A stretch of 64,000 nt of DNA. It comes from Octopus sinensis. Taxonomy: Eukaryota. Of this stretch, positions 24,346-36,771 are shown one piece after another (within the stretch, counting starts at the first letter, position 1; each line of letters opens with the position of its first letter). The position numbers were made by a program, and so were the translations under genes. The stretch lies in contig NC_043006.1 of assembly GCF_006345805.1 (NCBI RefSeq), forward strand, positions 27,776,001 to 27,840,000, in the 5' to 3' direction. Below the pieces are notes generated by a model, which was not told where the DNA came from, did not search any database, and was given only the letters and a program-made list of their open reading frames with translations.

Positions 24346-26918
24346 TATATAATAACAGCAGAAAAATCCCTTATTCCACTCATTAAGTTTTCAGACCATA
24401 TTTTTGAGGGTGCTGAATACTAAGAATTTAGTAATTTCCCTGATACTAAAATTCAGCACTTATGACTAGTTAACAGGCCTTTGCATGAATGGTGGCAGTG
24501 AAAGGGTTATAGTTAAATGCAAGTAAGGTTATGATGCTATAGCAAATAAACAGACTGATAAATATCAAAAACTCATTGGAACAGCTATTAAACAGATTTC
24601 ACTGAAAATCAAAGAGATTAATGTATTTCTATACTGGGTCCTAATGTCTTTATATATTCCTTACGATTTCAAGTAGATGGGCACTGTAATGTAAATACTG
24701 CCAATATAAAATCACAACTGAAATTTTGAAAGGGGTGGTCTTTAACAAGCCATATTTTAGAAATATATTCATAGTGTATAATATTGCAACAAAATTTTTT
24801 TCTAATGAAAATATTATTTTCCAGTTTTAGAATGGTATCAGTTGTGATAGCTAAGGGCAAATCACTGAATCCAAAGTGTCATGAACATAAAAAACCAACC
24901 ATGCCTAGTTACAGATTCCTGATATGGGAGTCCATCAACCAGTTGCAATTATTATAGAGGACACTATACATGCAAGGACAAGATCTGGTTTAATTGTACT
25001 AATCCATCAAATAAGAAGCCCTAGGGTCACTGTACTGCAGATGGGTTTATCCTATAGATGATGGAGTGTGTAACCAAACAAACAGGCATCTTTTGAGAAA
25101 GAGCTGTTGAATGGAAACAACCTGTTGACAAACACAGACTTCAGATTGACACAAAATCCAAAGCTTGAACATTGAGGATTCAGTGAAGGCAAAAGTAGTC
25201 AAATACTTCCAGCTTATCAAAGTCCACCACTTGCAAGAGCTATGCCTTGCAAATTATGCTACAAAACTATGACTGATTTGGGAGGAGGAGGAAGCTAATT
25301 TATACTGTTAAGAAATGCAGTTATCACTGTTTGAATACATAGCCGTTGAATAAAAACGATGTTGCCTGTAATTTAATGAAATATAAACAAGACCTGCTTT
25401 AAGCTAACAATAGGAAGGGAGTTTAAATTACATGTCCACAAAGGAGGGCTTAATGTCATTCATTTTCTTTTAAGTTACAAAAAACAAACTCAAATTAGAA
25501 TGCAATCAATTTCAGGTAATATCTGCTTGCCTCAATCAACATAATATATTTGGAAAAAGGGAACCACTCCTATTTCAAAGGTTAGTGATTGGCAGTAGGA
25601 GAGGGAGCCAACTCTAAATTTCATGCAAATATGTATTGTTTCAGAACCATCTATCTCATGCTAATATTAAACTTAAAAAAAAATACTGTTTCTTTTAGAA
25701 GATCTTTTGCAAAAAGCATTTATTTTCCTTTAAAACCAGTTCAAAATAAATTTATTCAGCGAAGTATTTAAAGATATATTTTACTCAAATGAGCAATTAA
25801 GGTTCTAATACTGAACCTTGTTCTAATACTGAGCTGATAAATTTGAACATTGTAGTTGAGCTCATTTCTTTTTGACTCTCCTAAATGGAGCAGAAAAAAA
25901 ATAAAAATAAATATTCTTTAATTTAGCATGTTCAACTGATGAAAACTTTTTTTGTTTAAATATTCATGGTTTTTATCAAGAATAATTTACATAATATTGA
26001 AAACAAAAATGTATTGTATGTTTGCATCTCTCTCATATATATATATCTATATATATATACACACACACACACATATATATATCATTCATTATATACAGTT
26101 AAATTATAAAAGCAAAATCTCAAGTATTTAGAGAGCTCATTTTATTAAAGGGAGAAAGAATGTCTATATTGATTCTTGGTCCCAATACAATGTCATGTAT
26201 TTTTAAAGCAGACTCATCTCCATAACTGAACAAAGTATTTTAAAATAAATAAAAATAAACAAAGACTGATTACAGATGAGACTAGATTATTTAAAGCAAC
26301 ATAAAAAAAAAAAGAACTTTTACATGGGTACAATGCCATGCGTAATTGAGACTAGTAGGTAAAAGTGACTGAAATGATGAGTGGCTCTACAACTGGGAAT
26401 TATAAAACCAGATCACTGACTCAGTTCTCCAGAAGTTTGGGAAGAAACAGATATTTTTAATTAGGATAAAAAAACAATTGGATACAACTGGAGAAGAAAA
26501 AAATTATAAAGGAGATAATTTCTTTGGTAAAAAAAAATGTCCAATTACACATATTTTGAACACAAAATAAAAAAAATGTAAAGGAATATGTATGTAAAAA
26601 CATATCGCGTTTTTAACAGTTTCTGACCATTGTTACAAAAACTAGTTATTTGTAGGATTAACAAAAACAAAAAAAAAAACTGTGGGGGAGGGGGCAAAAA
26701 TGAAGTCATGATGGAAGAAATGTAAATGTATTAATACTGGCTAAGTTGAACAACTGTTAGCTTTAGATAATGTTTTTGAAAAAGAAACTATTCAGGACTT
26801 ATCTTCTTTCAGTAGCAACTTCTTCAATTATTTCTGATTTTTTTCAAATGACACGAATGAAAAAAATATAGAAAAGTAAAATGTAAATTCCTGCAATGAG
26901 ATTCAATTTTATTTTTAA

Positions 26919-27142
26919 CCCTTTTGATACCAAAACACCAGAGACCACCCCAGGTTATACGCTAAAAACTTCTTATTTTAAAGTCGTCTAAATTAAAATC
27001 TTGCATCAAAATTTCAAGATAATTTATGTTCCAAGCTTAAGCTTAATAATGACAAAGTTATTTTACTGAATAAATTCTCCATTATGTTAAATTAATTGAA
27101 ACAAAAGCAGTGTATTTCAATGAAAATATGGTAACAAAAGGG
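26919..27142. mobile_element. piggyBac-type MITE (family P1), 224 bp
   Basis: TTAA TSD at 26915-26918 and 27143-27146. TIR cccttttgatacca / tggtaacaaaaggg (14 bp, 1 mismatch). Confidence 0.88.
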
Positions 27143-28355
27143 TTAAACAAGCAGTTTAGGTTAAAGGAGGAAATAAAGAGGATTAACACTACCTTATAAG
27201 GGATAGTTACTTTGTAACACCTACTCCTGTTTTAAGTTCTTAAAAGCAGTTTACACAATTTAAAGGGTAGACAATCAAAGGAAACAAACCATTTCACTGG
27301 TAAAAGAAATTTTGAAAACTTTTTTTTGTTCTTGATGTAATAAGTTAATGTATAGTAGTAGTAGTATAAGACCTATATATCTTATAGATACATATATTAA
27401 TTTTCATGACAATATAATGTCCTCATTTAAAAGTACAGTACATAGCAGGTGTAAAATAAATCATTGAGATAATGATTAACAAACAAAATATTGAAAGAAA
27501 AAAAGAAAAAGAACTTTCAATAATCGAGACGTGTTTGTTTAAGATAAAGTAAACAATTATGAAAAGCAGTTTCAGGGTCAAAAAGAAAAGTATAATCAAA
27601 TTAAAAGGTAAAAAGCTATTTCTAAGAGACTTGATGTGTCTGTGTGTGTGTATATGTGCGTGTGTATACACATACACAATTACAACTGTGCATAGAAATG
27701 CATCTATCTGCATATTTAAATACATATTTTTAAGAAAGTATATGTATAGAAATATGTATACATGTATAAAACAAAATATACAAAACATAACACTTTGTGA
27801 TTCACTTGCACGCTTACATTGATATACATTTGTACATACTGTGAGAAAACCAGCTCTCATCACTAGTGAACAATGTTATGTTTCAGTTTTTTAAACGTAG
27901 CTGGCTTCTTTTCGTACATAATTTCATTATTGTTTAAATACAAGTTAACGTTGGGAGTATTTTTCTTTGTGAAGTTCATAGAAAAATACAAAGCATGTTC
28001 ATAAAGCACCAAAATCATATTGATGCCAAACTGTTTTTTATAGTTTTATTTTCTGTCTCTTAAATTTTAAAATATCCAATTTCAAGAATGGTTGAAAGCA
28101 GAAGGGAAAGAGTGAAGAGAGAAATGTATGCAAATGTGTATTTTTGTATTCTATAAACAGGCACAGCAAATATTTCTACCTTGATACTCATTATTTGAGC
28201 AAGATTCTGGGGGAAAAGAAAAAATTTGCATGCATCATGGCATACAATTAAGGGTGGGTGGCTGGAATTTAAAAGATGTAGGATTTTTTTTGCTTTATTT
28301 ATTGTTTTAATAAAGAGAAGAGAATAAAAGAGACAGCTGTAATGTTCTCAGATAC

Positions 28356-28571
<216 letters not shown>

Positions 28572-28662
28572 TTAGTATTTCAATATTAGCACTGTGTATT
28601 TAAGGCTTTACCTGGAGACTGGCATCTATGTATAAACAGTATGGTAAATATATAACTGTAAC

Positions 28663-28866
28663 TCTTTTGATACCAACCTATTCTCGGTTTTATGATAAAA
28701 ATTTCCTGTTTTAAAGGGATCTAGTTTAAAATCTATCAAAATTTCAAGTTAATTTATATTCCAAACACCAGCTTAACAATAATGACTTATTTTACTAAAT
28801 TCATTGTTTTCAAAATTAATTGAAACAATGGTAGAGTATATCAACAGAAATACACTAACAAAAAGG
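28663..28866. mobile_element. piggyBac-type MITE P1, diverged copy
   Basis: ctcttttgataccaa...ctaacaaaaggttaa; interior matches 26919-27142. Confidence 0.75.
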
Positions 28867-29901
28867 TTAATTTTCTCAAAACACTCAGGTGTGCTTAACA
28901 CACAGAAAATCAAACATAATTAAAGAAAAAATTAGATAAATGTAAATGATAGATTAGAAAAATAAAAAGTTCAATAAACTTGTGATGCTTGCTTAATCAT
29001 TCATTATCATCCATCACTCCTTTTCTGCTTCTTTTTCTTTCGCTGTCCTCCTACCATCAATTCTCCACCATCCATTCATTTCTCTGACTTACCCTTCACA
29101 CACCTCTTTCAATGACTCTTTCTGGAACCTTTCCACTCTTGTCTATTTTCTCTATATTCCCTTCCCCCACACCTACTCTCATCATGCAGAATAGTCCTGA
29201 ACTTGTACACAACCCACCTCATCACAGTTCTTACCTTTCTCACTAACCTCTGACACTAATCTCTTTCTTTTCCTTTATTCATTCCATGCTCCCTTCCCCA
29301 ATAGTAACAACTTTGTTACTCTCTCCATTACCACACTCTCATAGCCATAATTCTGTTCCTCATATCATATTTCACCCTCTTTCATCACCTTGTTTGAAAA
29401 TCATCTCTCCCCCACTCCTCCCACCCATTCAACCTCAGTTATATAGGCTCCTTTGGGCTTTTTAGTCTTGACCTCACTTGTGCACGCATCATAAAAAAGC
29501 ATCTATAAAGTGGTAGAAAGAGCTTAACAGATATGCAAGTACAATTTAACCCTCTAAACTCATCAGATCCTTTTGAACTATCCAATCCATGCTAGTTTAG
29601 AGAATGGACATTGAAAGATAATGGTAAGAAAATATTTACATTTTGACATTTTACAAAGTCAAAAATAATTTTCTTACAAATTTATGTGAAGCCCAGTTCT
29701 TTCCTGATGATTCTTAAAAATGTAAGCAGGTACTCTTCAGTGCTGATTATTAAAAGAATTTTGTATTTCATTGGTTTTTCTTTGCCACCAAATTTCTATA
29801 TTTGGAGAAGAGAATAAATGACAAAGCAAGTATTGATGGAACACACAACTCAAAAGCAGAGTCTAATGACTGAAATCAATATAATAAATTAATAGTCTCA
29901 C

Positions 29902-30138
29902 CTTTCTCGAGGAATTTCTTTGGCATCCATTGAGGTTCAGTGAGATCTGGTCCAGTAGCAGCATACGGATCCTCTTCAGGCATTGGCAGTGGTTGATCAT
30001 CATCTAGAGCATCACTGAACTCTGGTGGTGGTGGAGGAACTCCACCTTGTGGATAATCAAATTGTTGTGGTACAGCTGGACTGCTTGATATCTGTGATTG
30101 CTGGCCAAGATTTGGAGGAGGAGGCAAAGGTGGAGATA
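29902..30138 (-). CDS. ABI2: Abi proline-rich exon before SH3 (237 nt)
   Basis: Acceptor tattttttag, donor AAG|gtgaga, phase 1-1. Encodes (V)SPPLPPPPNL...EEDPYA..EPQWMPKKFLEK, matching the conserved DPYA..P.W.PK..EK linker. Confidence 0.92.
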
Positions 30139-30882
30139 CTAAAAAATATATAAATAATGGTTTCCTACATTACAATAACAATCTCTGATGTTACAAAAGA
30201 AAAAAAAAACTACTAAAGTTTGACAGCAAGAAAAGCAAAAATGAACAATAATTGTAATATCTTACTGGCTTTTCTTAGTTTTTGTGAAATGACACTTTAG
30301 AGAGACTGGAACTCAACATAGGATGTGGGGGTGCTGCCAAGCACATAATCCAGTGATCTATCATTTCTATAATCTTGTTTTGTACACCAAGACAAAGATC
30401 CTAAATTTTAGGGTTGGGAAAAATAAAGAAAAAAGCAATAATGGCATAAACAAAGCGAAATGACATCACTTGGAGATTAAACCAGTCAATTCGAACTCTT
30501 TCAAAGCTACCTTCTTACTAAAAATGCTTCCTACCCAAATCCTAATAACATGTGCTTCTAACATTGGCACAAGGCTACATATTTTGGCTGAGGGTATAAG
30601 CTGACTGAATCAATCCCAGTGCTTAGCTGGTAATTTACCAATCGTAGAAAGACAAAAGTAGAAATTGACCTCAACAAGATTTGAACTCAGAACCTAAATA
30701 CTGCAAGGCTCTAATGAATTTGCCAATCCACCAGATTATTTTCATCAAAGAAAAACTAAGGCTGCACAGTGATTTATTGTCCGTATTTTCTCATCCCAAC
30801 CAACATGACTCTTTTTCAGTACATTATTGGTACAGTTACCTAATTTAGTGAATGTTTGTTAGAATTCTTTCAAAGTACACAA

Positions 30883-31460
30883 TCGGGTTATTAAGAATGG
30901 AATGTCTAATTTTGAACTGAAAGTTTATTTTACTTTATCTCAACAAAAAGCAATGCAGTTAATCAAAATATGCATTTAAATTATCAACACAATTTTGCCA
31001 TTTTGTCAGTAGCTTATTTATGCTGGCAGCAAAGAACTCTGGAGAGCAAGAGCTGATGAAATAACGAAAGGCAGTTTTTGCATCTCCTTCAGATTTGAAG
31101 TTTTTACCTTGCAAAAAGTTGTTTAATGCCTGGAAAATGTGATAGTTGGTGCAAGGTCTGGTGAATATGGTGGATGACAGAGTACTTCCTAGTTCAGGTC
31201 TTGTAACTTAAGTCGCACTCTTTGTGCAACATGTGGTCAAGCATTGCTTTGCAAGAGAATTGGCCTGTCTCTATTGACCAATCTCAGTTGTTTAATTCCA
31301 AGTTCACTCATCATCTCATCTAACTGGTTGATGTATACATCCACTGTAATTGACTTATCAGGTCTCATGAAGCTGTAGTGGATGACACCAGCGTTAGACC
31401 ACCAAACAGATACCATTAGCTTTTTCTGGTGAATATTCTTTTTATGGATTGTGTTTTGGC
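30883..31460 (-). mobile_element. Mariner 3' half, same family as 10901-11620
   Basis: KKLMVSVWWSNAGVIHYSF..RPILLQ.NA.PH..HPPYSPDLAPT. Cut at its 5' side by a P1 MITE fragment (31462-31570). Confidence 0.88.
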
Positions 31461-31621
31461 ACCCTTTTGATACCAACCCACTTGATATTGCCCTTCATCC
31501 TATGATACAAACTTCCTGTTTCAAAGTTATCTGAATTAGATTCTTCCATAAAAATTTCATGTTAATTTGTTCCTGCAAAACTCAGCTGGATTTGAACTTT
31601 GAATGTCAAGGACTATAACTA

Positions 31622-31797
31622 CAAAGGAGTTCTGAAAAGTTCCTGGCTTTGGAAGATTTTATTCAACATACTTCCCTCTCAGATTCACACACTTATTGCA
31701 GCAGTCCTTCAGTTTTTCTACGCCCTGTAAAAGAATTTGGAAGGTTAGGCCTCTAACCAGGCTTTTTGCAATACCAGGAACTTTTTAGCATCCTTTG
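31622..31797. mobile_element. Tc1/mariner MITE, 176 bp
   Basis: TA flanks (31620-31621, 31798-31799). ~24-bp TIRs caaaggagttctgaaaagttcctgg / ccaggaactttttagcatcctttg. Confidence 0.8.
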
Positions 31798-32941
31798 TAA
31801 ATTTCACAAGGTATTCTGGTTGACACTGAAGATTCTGACAATCTACTTAGTAGCAAAAAAGAAACCCAATTCACTGATACAAAATGTTACAGTAAATGAG
31901 CAATCACAGAACCAAAGTACTTGTTTGTATGTGTACCTATGAGTTAGGTAGCTTTAATCATATTCCAGGCATCACCAAACTGTACAGTGTTAGACAAGAC
32001 CTTATACTTCTTATTTTGCTCTCTCTCTCTCTCAGCTGTAAATGATTACTGCACAGACCAGAGAGTAACTGTATGGTCACTCAACCTGCTATGCAGAGCA
32101 CGCACATCTCACCCAAATCACACTATAGTATCTTACAAAAGAACACATTGAATAATATAGTCCTGGATACATTGTAGCGGAAAATAAGATGGGATAATCA
32201 CAGCTGAAGTTCTGATGATAATAGCTTAGTTTGATAAGAAATATAACATCATCTATACACCACAATCAGGAGTCCAACTGTAAAAATACCCACTGCTTAC
32301 AAATCAATAAGCAACAAGTTATCTGGTCATTGGAAACCTGCTTCAATGAATTCTATTTGACACATACAAGCATGGAAAGATGGACATTTTGGTGATGATG
32401 ATGACGATTAATTTAAAAATAAAACCTGCAATTGAAAATACAAACATATGAAAAAAGAAATATTCTTTCATTTTTGTAATAAATAATTCTTGAAATTGGA
32501 AATAATCATAACAGTAATATAGAAATGGAGAAGAGAAGAAAAAAGTTGTGTGATGTTCGTGCATCCATGCTAAAGATTATAGAAAGTAGATCAAGATGCA
32601 TCACAAAAAAACAAGTTTTGATAGTGAACCAATGGAGCAAGAAAACTGGGGTTCAGTATAACAGAGAACATTTAAAGACTATTGAAAAGGATAACAGAAT
32701 GAAAAGATCTGATGCAAAGGATGGGAGGAGGGATAATGAAAAAGTGGGATGTTTTGCTTTTAATAGCCCAAACGATAGAGACAATTTGAGGAACATGGCA
32801 ATATAGATCACATAAAAAAAGACTGACAAAAGTACAAAACACAGTCATAGGAGATTGTGTGTGTGTATATGTATATATATATATACATGTATACAAAAAT
32901 ATATATAAATATACATGTATATTTCCATATACATATAGAGA

Positions 32942-32972
<31 letters not shown>

Positions 32973-32973
<1 letters not shown>

Positions 32974-33401
32974 CCTAAGGTTACAGAACAAACAAATGCA
33001 AGGTCATCCACATAACATTTCATATCTCGAACATTTAATCATAGAATGTACATTTATGACATCATGGAAGATGAAACATAACTCATCTGTACAAGCATAT
33101 AAGAAAGTGCGAGAAAAATGTGTGAATACAGTTCATCACGGTTAATGTTCATACTTTAGCGATTAAGAAATATATATTTTTTAAAAAACATTACAACATA
33201 TATATTTCTTAATCGCAAAAGTATGAACATTAACCGTGATGAACTGTATTCACACATTTTTCTCACACTTTTTATATGCTTGTACAGATGAGTTATGTTT
33301 CATCTTCCGTGATGTCATAAATGTATATTCTATGATTAAATGTTCGAGATATGAAATGTTATGTGGATGACCTTGCATTTGTCTGTTCTGTAACCTTAGG
33401 T
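32973..33401. repeat. Long foldback palindrome (arms ~205 bp, 20-nt spacer)
   Basis: 32973-33177 is the reverse complement of 33198-33401 with a handful of substitutions and one indel. Confidence 0.95.
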
Positions 33402-33507
33402 TGATATATTTGTCTCATTCAATTGAGCACTTCTATAGCAGTCCTATAAAACATTTTGTTCCTGATAAGAAACAATCACTGTATTATTGATATATATATA
33501 TACACAC

Positions 33508-33540
<33 letters not shown>

Positions 33541-33842
33541 GATGTATATATGTCTACACATATATGTAGATGTATTAAGATGAAGCATACTTGGAAATGG
33601 ACGTGTGGCATTCGATCATATAACACAGAGTAGATAAAGTAGATAAAACAGGGAACACCTGATGAAGGGAATGATCTTTATGTTGCCTGTCTTGGTCCTC
33701 TATTTGTTTCTTTCATTGTTCGAAAAAATGTTAATTTTCTATGTTTATGTTCTCATTTGTTTACATCTTTTTGAAGACCTGTACCCACATATACAAGTAT
33801 ATATAGATATTTATACATATATATATATATATATATATACAC

Positions 33843-34151
33843 ACAATTATATGTTACATTACTCGATAGTCAAGATAAAACTCTTGAGTTTCAGATGCCG
33901 AAGTGGGAATCCACGACATCTCTTTGGTTATTTGGCTATTTGAAAACGCTATATCTTTTCTGTAGAAGTTTCTTAGAGTAAAATTCCTTTGATGGGATCG
34001 GTGTATTTTTCATAGAATAATCTATGTGATATGCATCCAGATATAGTGTTTTCAAATAGCCAGATAACCGAAGAGATGTCGTGGATTCCCACTTTGGCAT
34101 CTGAAACTCAGAGTTTTATCTTGACTATTGAGTAATGTAACATATAATTGT
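33843..34151. repeat. Second foldback (arms ~114 bp, 82-nt spacer)
   Basis: 33843-33956 is the reverse complement of 34039-34151 with few mismatches. Unrelated in sequence to the first foldback. Confidence 0.93.
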
Positions 34152-34221
34152 ATAGATAAATTTCCTCTATTTACATAATATTGAGGTCTCTTTCTTTCTT
34201 TTGTTATCTTACCGTTTTATC

Positions 34222-34257
34222 AATATATATATATATTATATATTATATATATATATA

Positions 34258-34327
<70 letters not shown>

Positions 34328-34347
34328 GTGTTATGTGTGGGTGTATG

Positions 34348-34396
<49 letters not shown>

Positions 34397-34413
34397 GTGT
34401 GTGTGTGTGTATG

Positions 34414-34446
<33 letters not shown>

Positions 34447-34460
34447 ATGTATATATATAT
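34222..34460. repeat. (TA)n/(TG)n microsatellite
   Basis: Directly visible. Confidence 0.95.
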
Positions 34461-34651
34461 GAATATTTGAGTAGTTGAATGAATTATCTTGTTATGGATA
34501 ATTCGGTTAACCGATACCTGGGTAGCAAATTCACATCAGAGAAGACACGTTTGAAGTTACGTGCTTTCGTGTGGAAATTTGTATGTTTTTTTTAAAAAAT
34601 ATAAATATATGAAAGAATGGAGTTGAACGATGAATTAACGAAATTCCTTTA

Positions 34652-34734
34652 TTTTCGACATATGTTTCGAAGGCTGCATATTCCTAATTGCGAAGGAATA
34701 AGGAGTATATTATGCCGCTTTCTCATCAGGAAAA
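34652..34734 (-). ncRNA. Type I hammerhead ribozyme (HHR-A), predicted GUC cleavage between 34657 and 34656
   Basis: Minus strand reads uuuuc-CUGAUGA-[gaaagcggcaua...uaugcagccuuc]-GAAA-cauaug-UC-gaaaa. Stem I is 5 bp, the core is intact, G10.1-C11.1 is present, and stem III is the palindrome ACAUAUGU. Confidence 0.85.
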
Positions 34735-34843
34735 GCAAGGAACTTATGTCAACATCAAGATGCACAAAAAACTTTTTTTTTCACTATGGGCTCCATATGA
34801 GCAGTCATCTAAAAGTTTCATATATTTCTTTCATATATTTATA

Positions 34844-34876
<33 letters not shown>

Positions 34877-34882
34877 GTATAT

Positions 34883-35058
34883 AGGTGCAGGAGTGGCTGT
34901 GTGGTAAGTAGCTAGCTTACCAACTTCATGGTTCCGGGTTCAGTCCCACTGCATGGCATCTTGGGCAAGTGCCTTCTGCTATAGCCTCGGGCCGACCAAT
35001 GCCTTGTGAGTGGATTTGGTAGACGGAAACTGAAAGAAGCCTGTCGTATATATGTATG

Positions 35059-35089
<31 letters not shown>

Positions 35090-35238
35090 ATATGTTTGTG
35101 TGTGTGTTTACGTCCCCGTCACTTAGCGGTTCGGCAAAAAGAGACCGATAGAATAAGTCTCGGGGTCGATTTGCTCGACTAAAGGCGGTGCTCCAGCATG
35201 GCCGCAGTCAAATGACTGAAACAAGTAAAAGAGTAAGA
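34883..35238 (+). mobile_element. tRNA-derived SINE family 1 (CORE-like), well-preserved copy
   Basis: A-box-like gtggctgtgtggt, B-box-like gggttcagtccc, CORE-like cttgggcaagtg, then a microsatellite and the 3' module ending gaaacaagtaaaaga. Confidence 0.85.
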
Positions 35239-35385
35239 GTATATATATGTATATGTGCATATATATGTATGTATATATGTGTATGTATATATATGTGCGT
35301 GTGTATATATATATGTATATATATGTGTATGTATGTATATATATGTATATATGTGTATGTATGTATATATATATGTATATATGTG

Positions 35386-35416
<31 letters not shown>

Positions 35417-35583
35417 GTGTATGTATATATATGTATGTATATATATATGTGTATATATGTATGCATATATGTGTATATATATATGCATATATGTGTATAT
35501 ATATATTTATATATATATTTGTATATATGTATATATATAAGTGTATATATATATGCATATATGTGTATATATATATGCATATA

Positions 35584-35636
<53 letters not shown>

Positions 35637-35645
35637 GCATGCATA
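35239..35645. repeat. Compound TA/TG/TATG microsatellite
   Basis: Directly visible. Confidence 0.97.
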
Positions 35646-35649
35646 CCTT

Positions 35650-36020
35650 TCCTTCTGGGGACACAAAACTCTACTTGTGAAGACCTGTTGAGGCAAGTGA
35701 GAAACGAAATCGATCAACATCAATGGAAATTGCAGCTGTGATGCTGGTAACAAGCTGGCCTTCATGCCGATGGCATGTTAAACACGCCATTCGAGCGTGA
35801 TCATTGCTGCTTCGCCTTCCTAGCACTTGTGCTGGTGGCACGTGAAACATTCAAGTGAGGTCGTCGCCAATGCTGCTGGACTGGCTCCTGTGCAGGTGGC
35901 ACATAAAAAGCACCATTTTATATATTTACCATGAAACTGGCCCTCGTGCCAGTGGCACGTAAAAGCACCCACTACACTCTCGGAGTGGTTGGCGTTAGGA
36001 AGGGCATCAAGCTGTAGAAA
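35650..36020 (+). mobile_element. RTE-tail family fragment
   Basis: gtggcacgtaaaagcacccactacactctcggagtggttggcgttaggaagggcatc. Confidence 0.75.
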
Positions 36021-36023
36021 CAC

Positions 36024-36057
<34 letters not shown>

Positions 36058-36239
36058 TTTTGTTATTCCTTACTTTATTCGTGTAACTTTTTATCTTTAT
36101 TTGAATTTTTATCTGAATTATGGCTTGTACTGTAGAGTCCAGTGAAACTAATTCAAACATACCTAATTTAAACATACTTAAGGGTTTAAAAAAATTAAAA
36201 TATAGTTTATTGTATTGAACGTTGATGAAGTTATATAAG

Positions 36240-36334
36240 GGCCTGATGATTGGGGTAGTATCTTAAGAGGGGTTCCAGGGAAACACGGAGTGGTTTAGGA
36301 ACCCGAGGATGTACCTCATGAAACACGTGTTGCC
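36240..36334 (+). ncRNA. Type I hammerhead ribozyme (HHR-B), predicted GUU cleavage after 36331
   Basis: ggc-CUGAUGA-[~70-nt rod: uggggua/uaccuca, uaucuu/aggaug, ggguucc/ggaaccc]-GAAA-cacgug-UU-gcc. Stem III is the palindrome ACACGUGU. Stem I is only 3 bp and 10.1/11.1 is a U-U mismatch. Confidence 0.72.
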
Positions 36335-36449
36335 AAGTAATAAAACAGTAGGCATTTAAAATAAAAATTCTTTTTATTTGGTGAGATGTAGGGGTCTACT
36401 ATCTCTAAATTAAAATATATATAAGTATTTAATCTATTTCTATTCGTAT

Positions 36450-36511
36450 TTTCTACTGAAGAGGAAAAAATCTATTATGAGATTAATTCCGAAATAGATT
36501 CAATATAGAAA
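36450..36511 (+). ncRNA. Type I hammerhead ribozyme (HHR-C), predicted AUA cleavage after 36505
   Basis: uuucua-CUGAAGA-[ggaa aa aaucu auuaug agauu aa uucc]-GAAA-uagauucaa-UA-uagaaa. Stem I 6 bp, stem II 4+5 bp, stem III weak with one A-A mismatch. Confidence 0.68.
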
Positions 36512-36626
36512 TAACGAACTTTGTATTCAGTAGTGGGTATAATAATATGTGGAAATTGATGATTGAAAAGTCTGTTTTCAGCATATTGATATAGAAATAA
36601 TTTTCTTTTGCCCTTGTTTATAAGTT

Positions 36627-36676
<50 letters not shown>

Positions 36677-36771
36677 CGGAAGGTTTACGAAAATAAACAA
36701 AAAACGAAGGCAGGTGGAGTACAAACAAACAAATGTATTAGTATGGCGCTCAGGAATAGAAATAGAACAAG

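Noticed and set aside
31050-31075. CTGATGAaataacGAAA
   Set aside because: Lies within antisense mariner coding sequence and has no stems; chance match.
33654-33740. CTGATGA...cGAAA possible hammerhead on +
   Set aside because: Stem II is marginal and there is no convincing stem III, UH site or stem I. At most a decayed relic.
34520-34575. Possible type II hammerhead on - (GAAA..cacgt/acgtg..UC..CUGAUGU)
   Set aside because: Stem I is absent and A9 is missing.
34883-34950. tRNA-like A/B boxes
   Set aside because: No cloverleaf; this is a SINE head present in many decayed copies.
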